Source: an uncultured Bacilli bacterium (lineage in GTDB: Bacteria > Bacillota_I > Bacilli_A > RF39 > UBA660). Taken from it: 64,000 bases of DNA. The notes under the pieces were generated by a model. The model searched no databases and had not been told where the DNA came from. It saw only the letters and a list, made by a program, of their open reading frames with translations. Location of the stretch: NCBI GenBank assembly GCA_947628565.1, contig CANRAH010000003.1, forward strand, positions 28,047 to 92,046. The letters run 5' to 3'. Positions 1 through 9,971 of this stretch are shown here, piece by piece. The first letter of the stretch is position 1; every line of letters begins with the position of its first letter. The position numbers were made by a program, and so were the translations under genes.

Positions 1-446
1 TTAAAGTTGATATGAAAAAACATATTGATGCTATAAGTAGCAAATATATTATTCCAAACGTAACAAGCGATCAAGCTATTCTATTTTTACCTGCAGAAGC
101 TATATTTGCTGAGGTAAATGCATATCATAGAGAAATTTTGGAATATGCATATAAAAAGAGAGTTTGGATTACAAGCCCTACAACACTTATTAGTACATTA
201 ACAACAATACAGATAATACTAAAAAATATAGAAAGAGATAAGTTTGCTAAAATAATTCATAATGAGCTTAATTCTCTTTCTTTAGAGTTTGCTCGTTATA
301 AAGAAAGATGGGATAAATTATATAAAAGCATAGAAAATGTAAGTCGTGATGTAAAAGATATACATACAACGACAACTAAAATTACAAAGAAATTTGATAG
401 TATAAATCAAGTTGAGATAGGTGAATTAGATGATAAAGAAAATTAA
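1..446 (+). CDS. rmuC: DNA recombination protein RmuC, C-terminal fragment (5' end lies outside the window)
   Basis: The ORF runs to the window edge. The translation (ILFLPAEAIFAEVNAYH...KKRVWITSPTTLISTLTTIQ) matches the conserved RmuC C-terminal region. Confidence 0.55.
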   Translation, partial: KVDMKKHIDAISSKYIIPNVTSDQAILFLPAEAIFAEVNAYHREILEYAYKKRVWITSPTTLISTLTTIQIILKNIERDKFAKIIHNELNSLSLEFARYKERWDKLYKSIENVSRDVKDIHTTTTKITKKFDSINQVEIGELDDKEN

Positions 447-1020
447 TTTGTTATTAGTTTTTATAGCAATAATAGGAAGTTTATATTTTGTATTTACTAA
501 GGATGAAAGGTTAGTATATTTACTTAAAGATTTATCAATAATCTTAACAATAAATGCGTTATATATAATTAAAAAACTATTTAAACTAAATATAAGTGAT
601 GGTATAAATTTTATATATATATTATTCATATTTATGGCACATTTTTTAGGAGTAACAGTTGAGTTATATAATCATATTTATTGGTTTGATAAATTTACGC
701 ATTTTTTATCAGGGGTACTTACTGGCTTTTTAGCTATTTATATATTAGTAAAATACAAAGTTGATAAAAAAATAACATTTTCTTTTATTTATATAATTGT
801 ATTTTCTTTAGCAATAGCTTCATTTTGGGAAATATTTGAGTATTTAGCTAGCTATTATTTTAATGTGGATCCACAAAAAGTAGCACTTACTGGTGTTACT
901 GATACAATGGGTGATATTATAGTTGCATTTTTAGGAGCAATACTAGTTTCAATTTCATATTATTTTGAATATAAAGAAAATCATACTTTTATTGTAAAAA
1001 GGTTTATAAATAATATATAA
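430..1020 (+). CDS. integral membrane protein, possibly DUF2238/YjdF-like
   Basis: 196 aa with 5-6 predicted TM helices. The WFDKFTHFLSG motif resembles the DUF2238 consensus. Its start overlaps the rmuC stop. Confidence 0.4.
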   Translation: MIKKINLLLVFIAIIGSLYFVFTKDERLVYLLKDLSIILTINALYIIKKLFKLNISDGINFIYILFIFMAHFLGVTVELYNHIYWFDKFTHFLSGVLTGFLAIYILVKYKVDKKITFSFIYIIVFSLAIASFWEIFEYLASYYFNVDPQKVALTGVTDTMGDIIVAFLGAILVSISYYFEYKENHTFIVKRFINNI

Positions 1021-1082
1021 ATAAGGTAAAAATATTTACTTTATTTATTATTTTTTGTATAATTATATTAGATGGTGATAAA

Positions 1083-2420
1083 ATGAAAAAGTTTACTATT
1101 TGTTTTATATTTTTATTTATATCTTTATTTACATTTTGTATAGATGTAAAAGCAGATGATGAAGACTTGAATATCCAAACTTGCCAATACAATGTAACAG
1201 GTTATAATTTAAATGATGGATCATCTTCTTCTGAAAATAATTGGTATGTAGAATTTAGGTTTTATTATGATGATCAGGGAAACCTTGCTAAATCTGATTT
1301 TAATGATCCAGGAAGAACGGGAACAGGATATGGTGTAGGAGTAGCAGGAGGGGCAATTACTGATGAAGATCAAGCCTTTAGCTATATTTCAGGAATATTT
1401 AACTCTGATAAGTGTTTTGAATATTTAATGCGTGTAACAAATGGTTACAATAATTCATATTATATGTTTTCAAATAATTATAATGATTTTTTGACTCGTG
1501 ATAGTATTTTTAATCTTGCAAAAAAGATGGGTGTAACATCAAAAGATAATTTAACTGAATTAAGATTTTTAAAGCTTATAGGAAGTGAAAATCCAACAAA
1601 AGGTGATGTATGTGAATATGATAATTTTAGTATTCAATATAGCGATAAAAATACAATAATATCTATAAATTCTAATGGTAATAATATTCGACCTTCAGCA
1701 TATATAAATGTTCAACCGACTGATGTTTGTAGAAAGGTTTATGTGTGTTCGGGTAATGGGGCTGACTATAATATGTTATTTTATGATGATGAAGATGCAC
1801 ATATGTTGGGATATGGGTATAATAATTGTATTGAATATGATACTTCGTCTAAAAAGGCTATAGATTACTACGAAACAAGTTGTAGAGCATATACTGCATA
1901 TGTCGATGGAGTTGAATCAAGAAATTATCTCGGTTTGGATGACTATTGGAATATTACTAAAGAAGAACCTTGCAAAAGTGATGCATCATGTATTAGTGAA
2001 AATATGACAAAGTACAAGAACAGAAAGGAAGTAGTTAGAACATGGTGTAATTCTGTTTTGAGTAGTCAAAATGCTTCTTCTAGTTGTTCTGTCGCTTGCT
2101 TAAATTTAGCATCTCATATTAATCAATTAGAGGGTACATCTAGTGTTTTAACAACTTGTGGATTTTCAGATAGATTAATTAATTGGATAAAAAATATAAT
2201 GCGATGGATAAAATATCTTTTACCTGTTGTAGTAATAGTATTTGGAATAATAGATTTCATTAAAGCAATAGCTTCAGAAAAAGATGATGAATTAAAAAAG
2301 GCTCAAGGAAAGTTTGTAAAAAGGTTAATAATAGCAGCAATAGCATTCCTTGTACCATTTATAATAGAATTTGTATTAGATAAAATGGGATTTATATCTG
2401 AAAGTTGTGGACTTTGGTAA
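1083..2420 (+). CDS. secreted Cys-rich protein with C-terminal two-helix membrane hairpin (paralog of 9968..11272)
   Basis: N-terminal signal peptide (MKKFTICFIFLFISLFTFCIDVKA). A roughly 370-aa Cys-rich ectodomain follows. The C-terminus has hydrophobic helix 1 (YLLPVVVIVFGIIDFIKAIAS), the turn EKDDELKKAQGKF, and hydrophobic helix 2 (LIIAAIAFLVPFIIEFVL). Confidence 0.6.
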   Translation: MKKFTICFIFLFISLFTFCIDVKADDEDLNIQTCQYNVTGYNLNDGSSSSENNWYVEFRFYYDDQGNLAKSDFNDPGRTGTGYGVGVAGGAITDEDQAFSYISGIFNSDKCFEYLMRVTNGYNNSYYMFSNNYNDFLTRDSIFNLAKKMGVTSKDNLTELRFLKLIGSENPTKGDVCEYDNFSIQYSDKNTIISINSNGNNIRPSAYINVQPTDVCRKVYVCSGNGADYNMLFYDDEDAHMLGYGYNNCIEYDTSSKKAIDYYETSCRAYTAYVDGVESRNYLGLDDYWNITKEEPCKSDASCISENMTKYKNRKEVVRTWCNSVLSSQNASSSCSVACLNLASHINQLEGTSSVLTTCGFSDRLINWIKNIMRWIKYLLPVVVIVFGIIDFIKAIASEKDDELKKAQGKFVKRLIIAAIAFLVPFIIEFVLDKMGFISESCGLW

Positions 2421-2524
2421 CAAAGTCCTTTATTTACACTTTTTTACACTAATTTTATATAAATTTTACAAAAATATTGAAAATATATAATGAAATAAAT
2501 TATAATATATGTGATACTTAGGAG

Positions 2525-4624
2525 ATGATAATTTTGGAAAATAAAGTGATTGATATACTAAGTGGTGAAAATAAGGCTTATAGTGTTTATGAGATAGAAG
2601 ATATTCTAGGATTTAATACTGTTGATGAATTAAAAGAATTATTAAAAGTATTAAATAAATTAGAAGAAGATTGTAAAATATATAGAACAAAAAAAGACAA
2701 ATATATGTTATTTGAAAATAGTAATTTAAAAATAGGAAGATTGCTTGCAACTAAAAAGGGATATGCATTTGTAGATATTGAAGGCGATGAAGATGTTTTT
2801 GTAAGCCAAGATAATTTAAATGGTGCTATTGATAATGATTCTGTTGTAGTAGAAATAACATCCAAAAAAGGTCTAAGATTAGAAGGTAGAATAGTAAAAA
2901 TTGTAAGTAGAAAGTTAAAACAATTTGTCGGAACTGTATATTATAAAGAAAATAAATGCTTAATAGATTTAGATGATAAAAAAGTAAATTTAACTATTAT
3001 TGTTGATAAAGATAAAACTTTAAATGCAGTAAGTGGTCATAAAGTAGTAGTAACTCTTTTAAAAAGAATCAACAACACTACGTATACAGGACAGATTATT
3101 AAAATATTAGGACATGCTGATGATCCTGATGTTGATATTTTAAGTATTGCAGCTAAATATGAAATAGATGATGAATTCAATGAAGATGTTAAGGAACAGT
3201 TAAAAACTATTCCTGATAGTGTTCTTGAAAATGAAATGAAATCTAGAGTAGATTTAACGGATAAAATGATATTTACAATAGATGGTGATGATACTAAGGA
3301 TATAGATGATGCAATATCTATAGAACAGCTTGAAAATGGTAACTATAAATTAGGGGTACATATAGCTGATGTAAGTTATTATGTAAAGGAAAATAGCCCA
3401 CTTGATGAAGAAGCATTTAAACGCGGTACTAGTGCTTATTTAGCTAATACAGTAATACCTATGCTACCACACGAATTATCTAATGGTATATGTTCTTTAA
3501 ATCCAAATGTAAATAGACTAGCTATTAGTTGTGTTATGGAAATTGACAATAAAGGTGAAGTAGTAGATTATGATATATTTGAAAGTGTAATAAAATCAAA
3601 TATACAAATGACATATAAAAATGTAAATAACATACTTGAAAATAATATTGTTAAAGAAGGTTATGAAAAATATGTTGATTCGTTAAAAATGATGAGCGAA
3701 TTAGCTTCTATATTAAGAGAAAATAAAATAAAAAAAGGCTATATAGATTTTGATATAGATGAAGCTAAAATAATTACTAATGAAAAAAAAGAGGCTATAG
3801 ATGTTGTTTTAAGAGAACGTGGAGTTGGAGAAAATTTAATTGAAGATTTTATGATTGCTGCAAATGAAACAGTTGCGCGTCATATAACGTATATGGAATA
3901 TCCTTTTATATATCGTGTTCATGGTGAACCAAATGAAGAAAAAATTAATAATTTTTTGAATTTTGTCGGTTTACTTGGTTATAGTGTAAAAAAAATGTCT
4001 AAAATAACTCCTAAGGCAATGCAAAATTTACTTGGAGAGTTAAAAGGTGTTAAAGAGTATGATATATTATCATCTTTACTTTTGAGAAGTATGCAAAAAG
4101 CTGTTTATGATAAAAATAATATAGGGCATTTCGGACTTGCTAGTAAATGTTATACACATTTTACATCTCCTATAAGAAGGTATCCAGATTTAATTGTACA
4201 TAGATTACTTAGAACATATTTGTTTAATAAAAATATAAATAATGATACTTTAAAATATTGGGATACTAAATTAGTAAGTATTGCTGAGCATTCTTCAGAA
4301 CGTGAAAGAGCTGCTGTTGAGTGTGAAAGAGAAGTAACTGATATGAAGATGGCTGAATATATGGAAAAACATGTTGGTGAGGAGTATACAGGCATAATAT
4401 CAGGAGTTGTAAGTTTTGGAATATTTGTAGAGCTTAAAAATAAAATTGAAGGATTAATTAGAATAGATGATTTAGACGATGATTATTATATTTATGATGA
4501 AGCTACTATGTCACTTATTGGAAATAAAAATAAAAGAGGATATAGGTTAGGCGATGAGGTAAAGGTAATTGTTAAATCAGCAAGTAAGATAAATCATACT
4601 ATAGATTTTATAATAAAAAAATGA
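2525..4624 (+). CDS. rnr: ribonuclease R
   Basis: 699 aa with an RNB catalytic domain (FTIDGDDTKDIDDAIS, GHFGLAS...YTHFTSPIRRYPD) and a C-terminal S1 domain. Synteny with smpB downstream is conserved. The true start may be the in-frame TTG at 2534. Confidence 0.9.
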   Translation: MIILENKVIDILSGENKAYSVYEIEDILGFNTVDELKELLKVLNKLEEDCKIYRTKKDKYMLFENSNLKIGRLLATKKGYAFVDIEGDEDVFVSQDNLNGAIDNDSVVVEITSKKGLRLEGRIVKIVSRKLKQFVGTVYYKENKCLIDLDDKKVNLTIIVDKDKTLNAVSGHKVVVTLLKRINNTTYTGQIIKILGHADDPDVDILSIAAKYEIDDEFNEDVKEQLKTIPDSVLENEMKSRVDLTDKMIFTIDGDDTKDIDDAISIEQLENGNYKLGVHIADVSYYVKENSPLDEEAFKRGTSAYLANTVIPMLPHELSNGICSLNPNVNRLAISCVMEIDNKGEVVDYDIFESVIKSNIQMTYKNVNNILENNIVKEGYEKYVDSLKMMSELASILRENKIKKGYIDFDIDEAKIITNEKKEAIDVVLRERGVGENLIEDFMIAANETVARHITYMEYPFIYRVHGEPNEEKINNFLNFVGLLGYSVKKMSKITPKAMQNLLGELKGVKEYDILSSLLLRSMQKAVYDKNNIGHFGLASKCYTHFTSPIRRYPDLIVHRLLRTYLFNKNINNDTLKYWDTKLVSIAEHSSERERAAVECEREVTDMKMAEYMEKHVGEEYTGIISGVVSFGIFVELKNKIEGLIRIDDLDDDYYIYDEATMSLIGNKNKRGYRLGDEVKVIVKSASKINHTIDFIIKK

Positions 4625-5196
4625 AAAGAGAAGAAATAAAGCAAATAGCAAAAAAAGGAATTTTAACAATTGATGAAATAAAGTTAATTTTAAATTATTT
4701 AGTTTACGAAGTAAGAAAAAATTTAAATATTAATGATGCAAGCACAAGATTATGCAAAGAAAGTAGTATGTACCTTTTATATTTATGTGATGATATTAAT
4801 ATTCCGTATATACCTATCGCTAATAATGAATTGTTAATGCCAAGTTTGGAGCATCATTTTGGAATTACTGGTTTTAATACAAGTGAAGGTCAATTATGCT
4901 TTTTGCTTGATTTAACATATATTCAATTTACGCAAAAATACTATAGTGTAAATAATAAAAACATTTTATCACCAGGAAATTTTATTTCTGATGAAAGCAA
5001 AAAAGAATTAGTATCTTTAGGCTACTTGACATTAACTGAAAAAAATTTAGAAGATTATTTAAATAGTTTTATTGAATCATATAGACAAATATTTAATGTG
5101 AATTCAAAATTCATATATGATAAATTATACAAATTATTTAATAAATTTAATATAAACATAGTAAATGAAAATAAAAGATTTAGTCTATCTTTATAG
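4621..5196 (+). CDS. hypothetical protein
   Basis: 191-aa ORF translationally coupled to rnr (ATGA overlap). No motif was recognised. Confidence 0.45.
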   Translation: MKREEIKQIAKKGILTIDEIKLILNYLVYEVRKNLNINDASTRLCKESSMYLLYLCDDINIPYIPIANNELLMPSLEHHFGITGFNTSEGQLCFLLDLTYIQFTQKYYSVNNKNILSPGNFISDESKKELVSLGYLTLTEKNLEDYLNSFIESYRQIFNVNSKFIYDKLYKLFNKFNINIVNENKRFSLSL

Positions 5197-5237
5197 ACTA
5201 AAATCTTTTTTTGTTTTATAATTATAGTGGTGATACA

Positions 5238-6356
5238 ATGAAAAAAAGAAAATTAAAAAAAAGTGTATATATAACTTTCACTATAATTGTTCTGTTCGCT
5301 TTAACAATGGTATTATTTTTACAAAATCAAAATAAAAATAATGTCGATAAAAGTAAAGAAGTTGTAAATCAAAATGATATAGAAGACAATGATGAAAAGT
5401 TAAAGGAAAAAAGACTATCATTATTTGCTGTAGGCGATATTTTAATACACGAAAGCGTTTATAAAGATGCATATGAAAACGGTACATATAATTTTCATAA
5501 AATGTTTACTGAGGTTGAGCCTATAATTAAAAAATACGATTTAAAATTTTGTAATCAAGAATCAACTATTGGTGGAAGTGCATTAGGTATAAGTGGTTAT
5601 CCAAGTTTCAATTCACCAGATGAAATAGGTGATGAAATTGTAAATTTAGGATTTAATTTAATAAGCCTTGCAAATAATCACGTATTTGATAAAGGTGAGG
5701 ATGCAGTTAAATATTCAATAAGCTATTGGAAAAGTAAGGATGTTATTACTGCTGGCTCATATAGCAGTATTGATGAAAGAAACAAGGTAAATGTATATGA
5801 AAAAAATGGAATAAAATATGCTTTTCTTGCTTATACAACGCTTTCTAATAGAAAAGCATCTAACGATTATCTTTTGAATATGTATAGCGCTGATAAAGCA
5901 AAGAAAGATATTGAAGCAGTAAAAGATCAAGTAGATGTTATAATAGTTTCAATGCACTGGGGAGTAGAGGATACTAATATACCTACCGAAAGTCAAAGAC
6001 AAATAGCAGAATATTTATCTAGTTTGGGAGTAAATATTATAATAGGCCATCATCCACACGTTGTACAACCAGTTGAGTTTATTGATAATACTTTGGTTAT
6101 TTATTCACTTGGAAATTTTATATCAAACCAGTTATCTATATCACTTAATAACGGAATAGGGTTGATGGTTGGAGTTGACATTGTTAAAGATGAAAATGGT
6201 ATAAGGTTAGAAAATTTATATAAAGAATTAACTTTAGCATATGCGGATAATAGCACTAATTTTAAAGTAATTCCATTTTCAAAATTAAATAATGATCTTT
6301 TATCAAATTATGAAAATGTAAATGAAAAGTATATGAAAATTGTAAATGGAGAATAG
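5238..6356 (+). CDS. CapA/PGA_cap family metallophosphoesterase, membrane anchored
   Basis: N-terminal TM segment. Motifs GDILIHE, MHWGVE and IIGHHPHVVQP are typical of the CapA (poly-gamma-glutamate synthesis) family. The start is taken at MKKRKLKK. Confidence 0.6.
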   Translation: MKKRKLKKSVYITFTIIVLFALTMVLFLQNQNKNNVDKSKEVVNQNDIEDNDEKLKEKRLSLFAVGDILIHESVYKDAYENGTYNFHKMFTEVEPIIKKYDLKFCNQESTIGGSALGISGYPSFNSPDEIGDEIVNLGFNLISLANNHVFDKGEDAVKYSISYWKSKDVITAGSYSSIDERNKVNVYEKNGIKYAFLAYTTLSNRKASNDYLLNMYSADKAKKDIEAVKDQVDVIIVSMHWGVEDTNIPTESQRQIAEYLSSLGVNIIIGHHPHVVQPVEFIDNTLVIYSLGNFISNQLSISLNNGIGLMVGVDIVKDENGIRLENLYKELTLAYADNSTNFKVIPFSKLNNDLLSNYENVNEKYMKIVNGE

Positions 6357-6444
6357 TGTAAGAATGAATATATCAAATTTTAAAAGATATTTGATAAATA
6401 TTTTTTGTAATGAAAGTTCAAATAAGAATGAAAATATATAGCAG

Positions 6445-6900
6445 GTGAGATTAATTATGATAGAAATAAAAAATAAGAAGGCAAGTTTTGATTATTTTAT
6501 AGAAGATAAGATTGAGTGTGGGATATCACTTAAGGGTACAGAAATAAAATCTATTAGATTAGGACTTGCTAATTTAAAAGATTGTTATGGAGTAATAAGA
6601 AACAACGAAGTTTTTATAATAAATATGTATATTGGTAAATATGATAATGCTAGTATATTTAATCATGATGAAAGAAGAACAAGGAAATTACTTTTACATA
6701 AAAAAGAGATATTGAAATTAAGAGATAAAGTAGATATTTCAGGGTATACATTAGTGCCATTATCCCTTTATCTTAAAGATAATAAAGTAAAAATTCTTCT
6801 TGGTGTATGCAAGGGTAAAAAAAATTATGATAAAAGACAGTCTATGAAGGAAAATGATATAAAAAGAGAAATTGATAAAGCCTTTAAAGAAAGGCATTAA
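6445..6900 (+). CDS. smpB: SsrA-binding protein SmpB
   Basis: KKASFDYFIEDKIECGISLKGTEIKSIR and the C-terminal DERRTRKLLLHKKEI match the SmpB consensus. The true start is probably the internal M at 6457. Confidence 0.9.
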   Translation: MRLIMIEIKNKKASFDYFIEDKIECGISLKGTEIKSIRLGLANLKDCYGVIRNNEVFIINMYIGKYDNASIFNHDERRTRKLLLHKKEILKLRDKVDISGYTLVPLSLYLKDNKVKILLGVCKGKKNYDKRQSMKENDIKREIDKAFKERH

Positions 6901-6991
6901 AAATGCTATAAAAAATAAAATAATACTTGCTTTTTTATAGTATTTATTATATACTTAATATGTGAAATGATAACGGAAGGAGATGCTTTAT

Positions 6992-7249
6992 ATGAAAATA
7001 ACGTCAATCAATATTCACAAAAAAAATGATGATACAAGAATGAAAGGAATAGCTTCTGTACTTTTAGATGATTGCTTTGTAATCCGTGATATCAGAATAA
7101 TTGAAGGAAAAGATGGATTATTTATTGCAATGCCAAGCAGAAAAAATGCAGATGGTGAATATCATGATATAGCTCATCCAATTAATGCTGAAACTAGAAA
7201 AATGTTTGAGGATGCTATATTTGAAGAATATAATAAAATGGAAGAATAA
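6992..7249 (+). CDS. spoVG: septation/sporulation regulator SpoVG
   Basis: MKITSINIHKKNDDTRMKGIASVLLDDCFVIRDIRIIEG...FIAMPSRKNADGEYHDIAHPIN is a near-consensus SpoVG sequence. Confidence 0.85.
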   Translation: MKITSINIHKKNDDTRMKGIASVLLDDCFVIRDIRIIEGKDGLFIAMPSRKNADGEYHDIAHPINAETRKMFEDAIFEEYNKMEE

Positions 7250-7322
7250 ATTTTTGCAATACGTAATGTATTGCTTTTTTCATATATAATATTTTTTCGC
7301 ATATATTTTACTGGGTGATAAA

Positions 7323-7607
7323 ATGGACAAGGATACATTATCCGGCAATCATGTGGTAAATATATTGCAAAGAAAAAGCATAACAATAAGTGGAGTTAAA
7401 AAAATAGAAAATTTTGATGAAAATGAGTTTCTACTTGAAACTAATATGGGATATATGCTAATAAAAGGTTCTAGTTTAGAAATAATTAAATTAGACACAT
7501 ATCAAGGAGATGTATCTATAAAGGGAAAAATAGATAGTTTAAATTATTTAGAATCATCAAAAAAGCAAGAAAAGCAAGAAAGTATTATTTCAAAATTATT
7601 TAAATGA
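7323..7607 (+). CDS. yabP: sporulation protein YabP
   Basis: The translation (ITISGVKKIENFDENEFLLET..GYMLIKGSSLEI..LDTYQGDVSIKGKIDSL) matches the YabP family. It is followed by an overlapping yabQ-like gene. Confidence 0.75.
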   Translation: MDKDTLSGNHVVNILQRKSITISGVKKIENFDENEFLLETNMGYMLIKGSSLEIIKLDTYQGDVSIKGKIDSLNYLESSKKQEKQESIISKLFK

Positions 7608-7891
7608 TAAGTTTAACAATTCAATTTAAACTTATAATTTTTTCTTTTATATTTGGATTTTTATTTTCAGCTTTACTTGAATGGTTTAATAGTAAAATAA
7701 ACAAATTTAAAGTTTATACTAAATTTGGACTTTCATTTATTTTAATTGCATTTATGACATATATATATTTTTTAGGAATACAAAAAATAGGTAATGCAAT
7801 CTTTCATATATATTCAATATTGACAATAATATGTGGTTATGCTTTTTATGACATAATAATAAAGATAATTGCAAATAATAAAAAAAAATGA
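7604..7891 (+). CDS. yabQ: spore cortex biosynthesis membrane protein YabQ-like
   Basis: 95-aa ORF with 3 TM helices that overlaps the yabP stop. The yabP-yabQ-divIC order is conserved in Bacillus and Clostridium. Confidence 0.5.
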   Translation: MISLTIQFKLIIFSFIFGFLFSALLEWFNSKINKFKVYTKFGLSFILIAFMTYIYFLGIQKIGNAIFHIYSILTIICGYAFYDIIIKIIANNKKK

Positions 7892-7912
7892 TACAATTTA
7901 TATGGTGATAAT

Positions 7913-8353
7913 ATGGCTAAAAGAAGGATATCAAGATCATCAAAAATGAGACTTACTTTTTTTGGTACTTTAAGTATAATTGCTATATTTTATTTTTTAT
8001 TTAGTTTATTATTTAATGTATACACTATATATGATTTAACAAACGATAAACAAAATTTACAAAATTCGTTATTAAAACTACAAGAAGAGGCTGAAGAATT
8101 AAAGACAGATATCGAAAAGTTTAACGATCCTGAATATCTTGCTGATTATGCAAGAGAACATTATTATTATACAAAAAAAGATGAATATGTAATAAAAATG
8201 GATGAAATCGAGGAAACAGACGAGTTAATAGATACACTTAATCTTAATATAAATAAAAAATATATAATATTAGGTCTAAGTTTATTTATGGTTATCTTCT
8301 TTATTTATATTTTAAAAAAAGGTAGAAAAAGAAAGAAAAAAGGAAGAAAATAA
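7913..8353 (+). CDS. septum formation initiator (DivIC/FtsB family)
   Basis: N-terminal TM segment plus a coiled-coil (LQNSLLKLQEEAEELKTDIEKF). The position after yabPQ corresponds to divIC. Confidence 0.5.
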   Translation: MAKRRISRSSKMRLTFFGTLSIIAIFYFLFSLLFNVYTIYDLTNDKQNLQNSLLKLQEEAEELKTDIEKFNDPEYLADYAREHYYYTKKDEYVIKMDEIEETDELIDTLNLNINKKYIILGLSLFMVIFFIYILKKGRKRKKKGRK

Positions 8354-8362
8354 AATCTTCCT

Positions 8363-8905
8363 TTATATTTTTATACTATCTTTTTCTTTATCAACATTAT
8401 TTCCATCGAAATAATCTCTTGTTTTATATCCTTTAATAATAGCAATTATATTTGAAGGACAACTTTTTACAAGTTTATTATAATCAGTTATAATATCGTT
8501 ATAATATTTTCTAAGACCAACTATTTCTGATTCAGATTCCATAAGGTTAATTTCTATCATTATAAAATCTTTACAAGTTTGTAAACTTTCATATTTTTCT
8601 TTTAATGCATGTAATTCGTTAATTGCCTCATATAAGCATCTATCGAGTTCAAAATTAGATAATTTTTTAGATTTTAATTTAACAATGACATCAAGTATAG
8701 GTTCATCAGTTTTAGTGTTAGCTTTGATAATACTAATTGATTTATTGAGTAAATCAAATCTTTTTCTTAAAACTGAATCTATATTTGTATCAGCTTCATT
8801 AATTCTTATGATGTAGTCTTGAAAATGATTATAGGTAGCAACAAGAAGAATCAATATTAAACAAACTACAATTATTACTGACAATATAACAATAATAGTA
8901 TTCAA
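8363..8905 (-). CDS. LemA family membrane protein
   Basis: N-terminal TM segment followed by an about 150-aa soluble domain with LemA-like motifs (ATYNHFQDYIIRINEADTNIDSVLRKRFDLL). Confidence 0.65.
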   Translation of the reverse strand: MNTIIVILSVIIVVCLILILLVATYNHFQDYIIRINEADTNIDSVLRKRFDLLNKSISIIKANTKTDEPILDVIVKLKSKKLSNFELDRCLYEAINELHALKEKYESLQTCKDFIMIEINLMESESEIVGLRKYYNDIITDYNKLVKSCPSNIIAIIKGYKTRDYFDGNNVDKEKDSIKI

Positions 8906-8949
8906 ATTACCACCTACTTTCAGTATCTATTATATCAAATATTTATAGA

Positions 8950-9333
8950 TCAAGCAATAGTTTTTTGAGGGTAAAATTGTTCTACTGTATTAATTTCTTC
9001 ATCAAATTTTATATAATCTACATATATCATAAGAAGTAAATACCAATTTCCTGTAGTTGGGTCGCTTAGTATTATATGATCTCTGCCTGATTGTTCTACT
9101 ATACCAGTAAAAACTTTATCTCTCCATTCATTAGAGTCAGGAAAAGATTGATATATAGAAACCCTTTTGCCTCTATTTACTCTAAGAATGTTTTCAATAT
9201 ATGATTGCTCATTTGGAATATATTCTTTAACATTCTCACTTGTATCAGCCATAGTTTGATTAGGTGTTATCATTCCATTTGAAAAAATCGCACCGTTTGT
9301 AAATTTATTAGTATTTAAATATCCATTATTCAT
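8950..9333 (-). CDS. spore coat protein GerQ-like
   Basis: YIENILRVNRGKRVSIYQSF...FTGIVEQSGRDHIILSDPTTGNWYLLLMIYVDYIKFDEEI resembles the GerQ/YwdL core. Confidence 0.45.
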   Translation of the reverse strand: MNNGYLNTNKFTNGAIFSNGMITPNQTMADTSENVKEYIPNEQSYIENILRVNRGKRVSIYQSFPDSNEWRDKVFTGIVEQSGRDHIILSDPTTGNWYLLLMIYVDYIKFDEEINTVEQFYPQKTIA

Positions 9334-9392
9334 AAAATTATCATCCTCTCTTTATAAATATATTTCAAAAAGGAAATAATTATGATATAATT

Positions 9393-9971
9393 GTGTTAGG
9401 TGAGATGATGAAAGTTAGTATAGGAGTATCGAATAGACATGTTCATTTAACAAAAGAGCATTTAAAGATTTTATTTGGAGATGACTATAAATTAGAAAAA
9501 AAGAACGATTTAACTCAACCAGGACAATTTTCATCTACTTATGTTGTAACACTTAAAACAGAAAAAGATGAAATTAATAATGTTAGAGTTTTAGGGCCAG
9601 AAAGGAATTATACGCAAGTTGAAATAAGTAAAACTGATGCCTATAAATTAGGATTAAATCCACCAATCAGGAATTCTGGTGATTTAATTGGCAGTAGCCC
9701 AATTACTATTGTTGGTCCAAAAGGAAGTGTCGATCTAAATTATGGATGTATAATAGCTACAAGGCATATACATATACTTGAAAGTCAAATAAAACTATAT
9801 GGACTAGAAGGAAAAGAAACCGTGAATGTAAAATTAAATGGAGAAAAAGGTGGTATTATCACTAATGTATATCTTAAGGTTAGTGATGAAGCATTTTTTG
9901 AATTACATTTGGATTTAGATGATGCGAATGCCCATTTAATAAAAAATGGAGATATAGGAGAGATTTTATGA
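9393..9971 (+). CDS. pduL: PduL-type phosphate acyltransferase (phosphotransacetylase/propanoyltransferase)
   Basis: Duplicated PduL repeats: GVSNRHVHL in the first half and ATRHIHI in the second, plus LGPERNYTQVEISKTDA and ELHLDLDDANAH. Confidence 0.75.
   Translation: MLGEMMKVSIGVSNRHVHLTKEHLKILFGDDYKLEKKNDLTQPGQFSSTYVVTLKTEKDEINNVRVLGPERNYTQVEISKTDAYKLGLNPPIRNSGDLIGSSPITIVGPKGSVDLNYGCIIATRHIHILESQIKLYGLEGKETVNVKLNGEKGGIITNVYLKVSDEAFFELHLDLDDANAHLIKNGDIGEIL

Noticed and set aside
2587-4395. Minus-strand ORFs 2587..2865 and 4150..4395 inside rnr
   Set aside because: They are embedded in a high-confidence RNase R gene. No RBS and odd composition.
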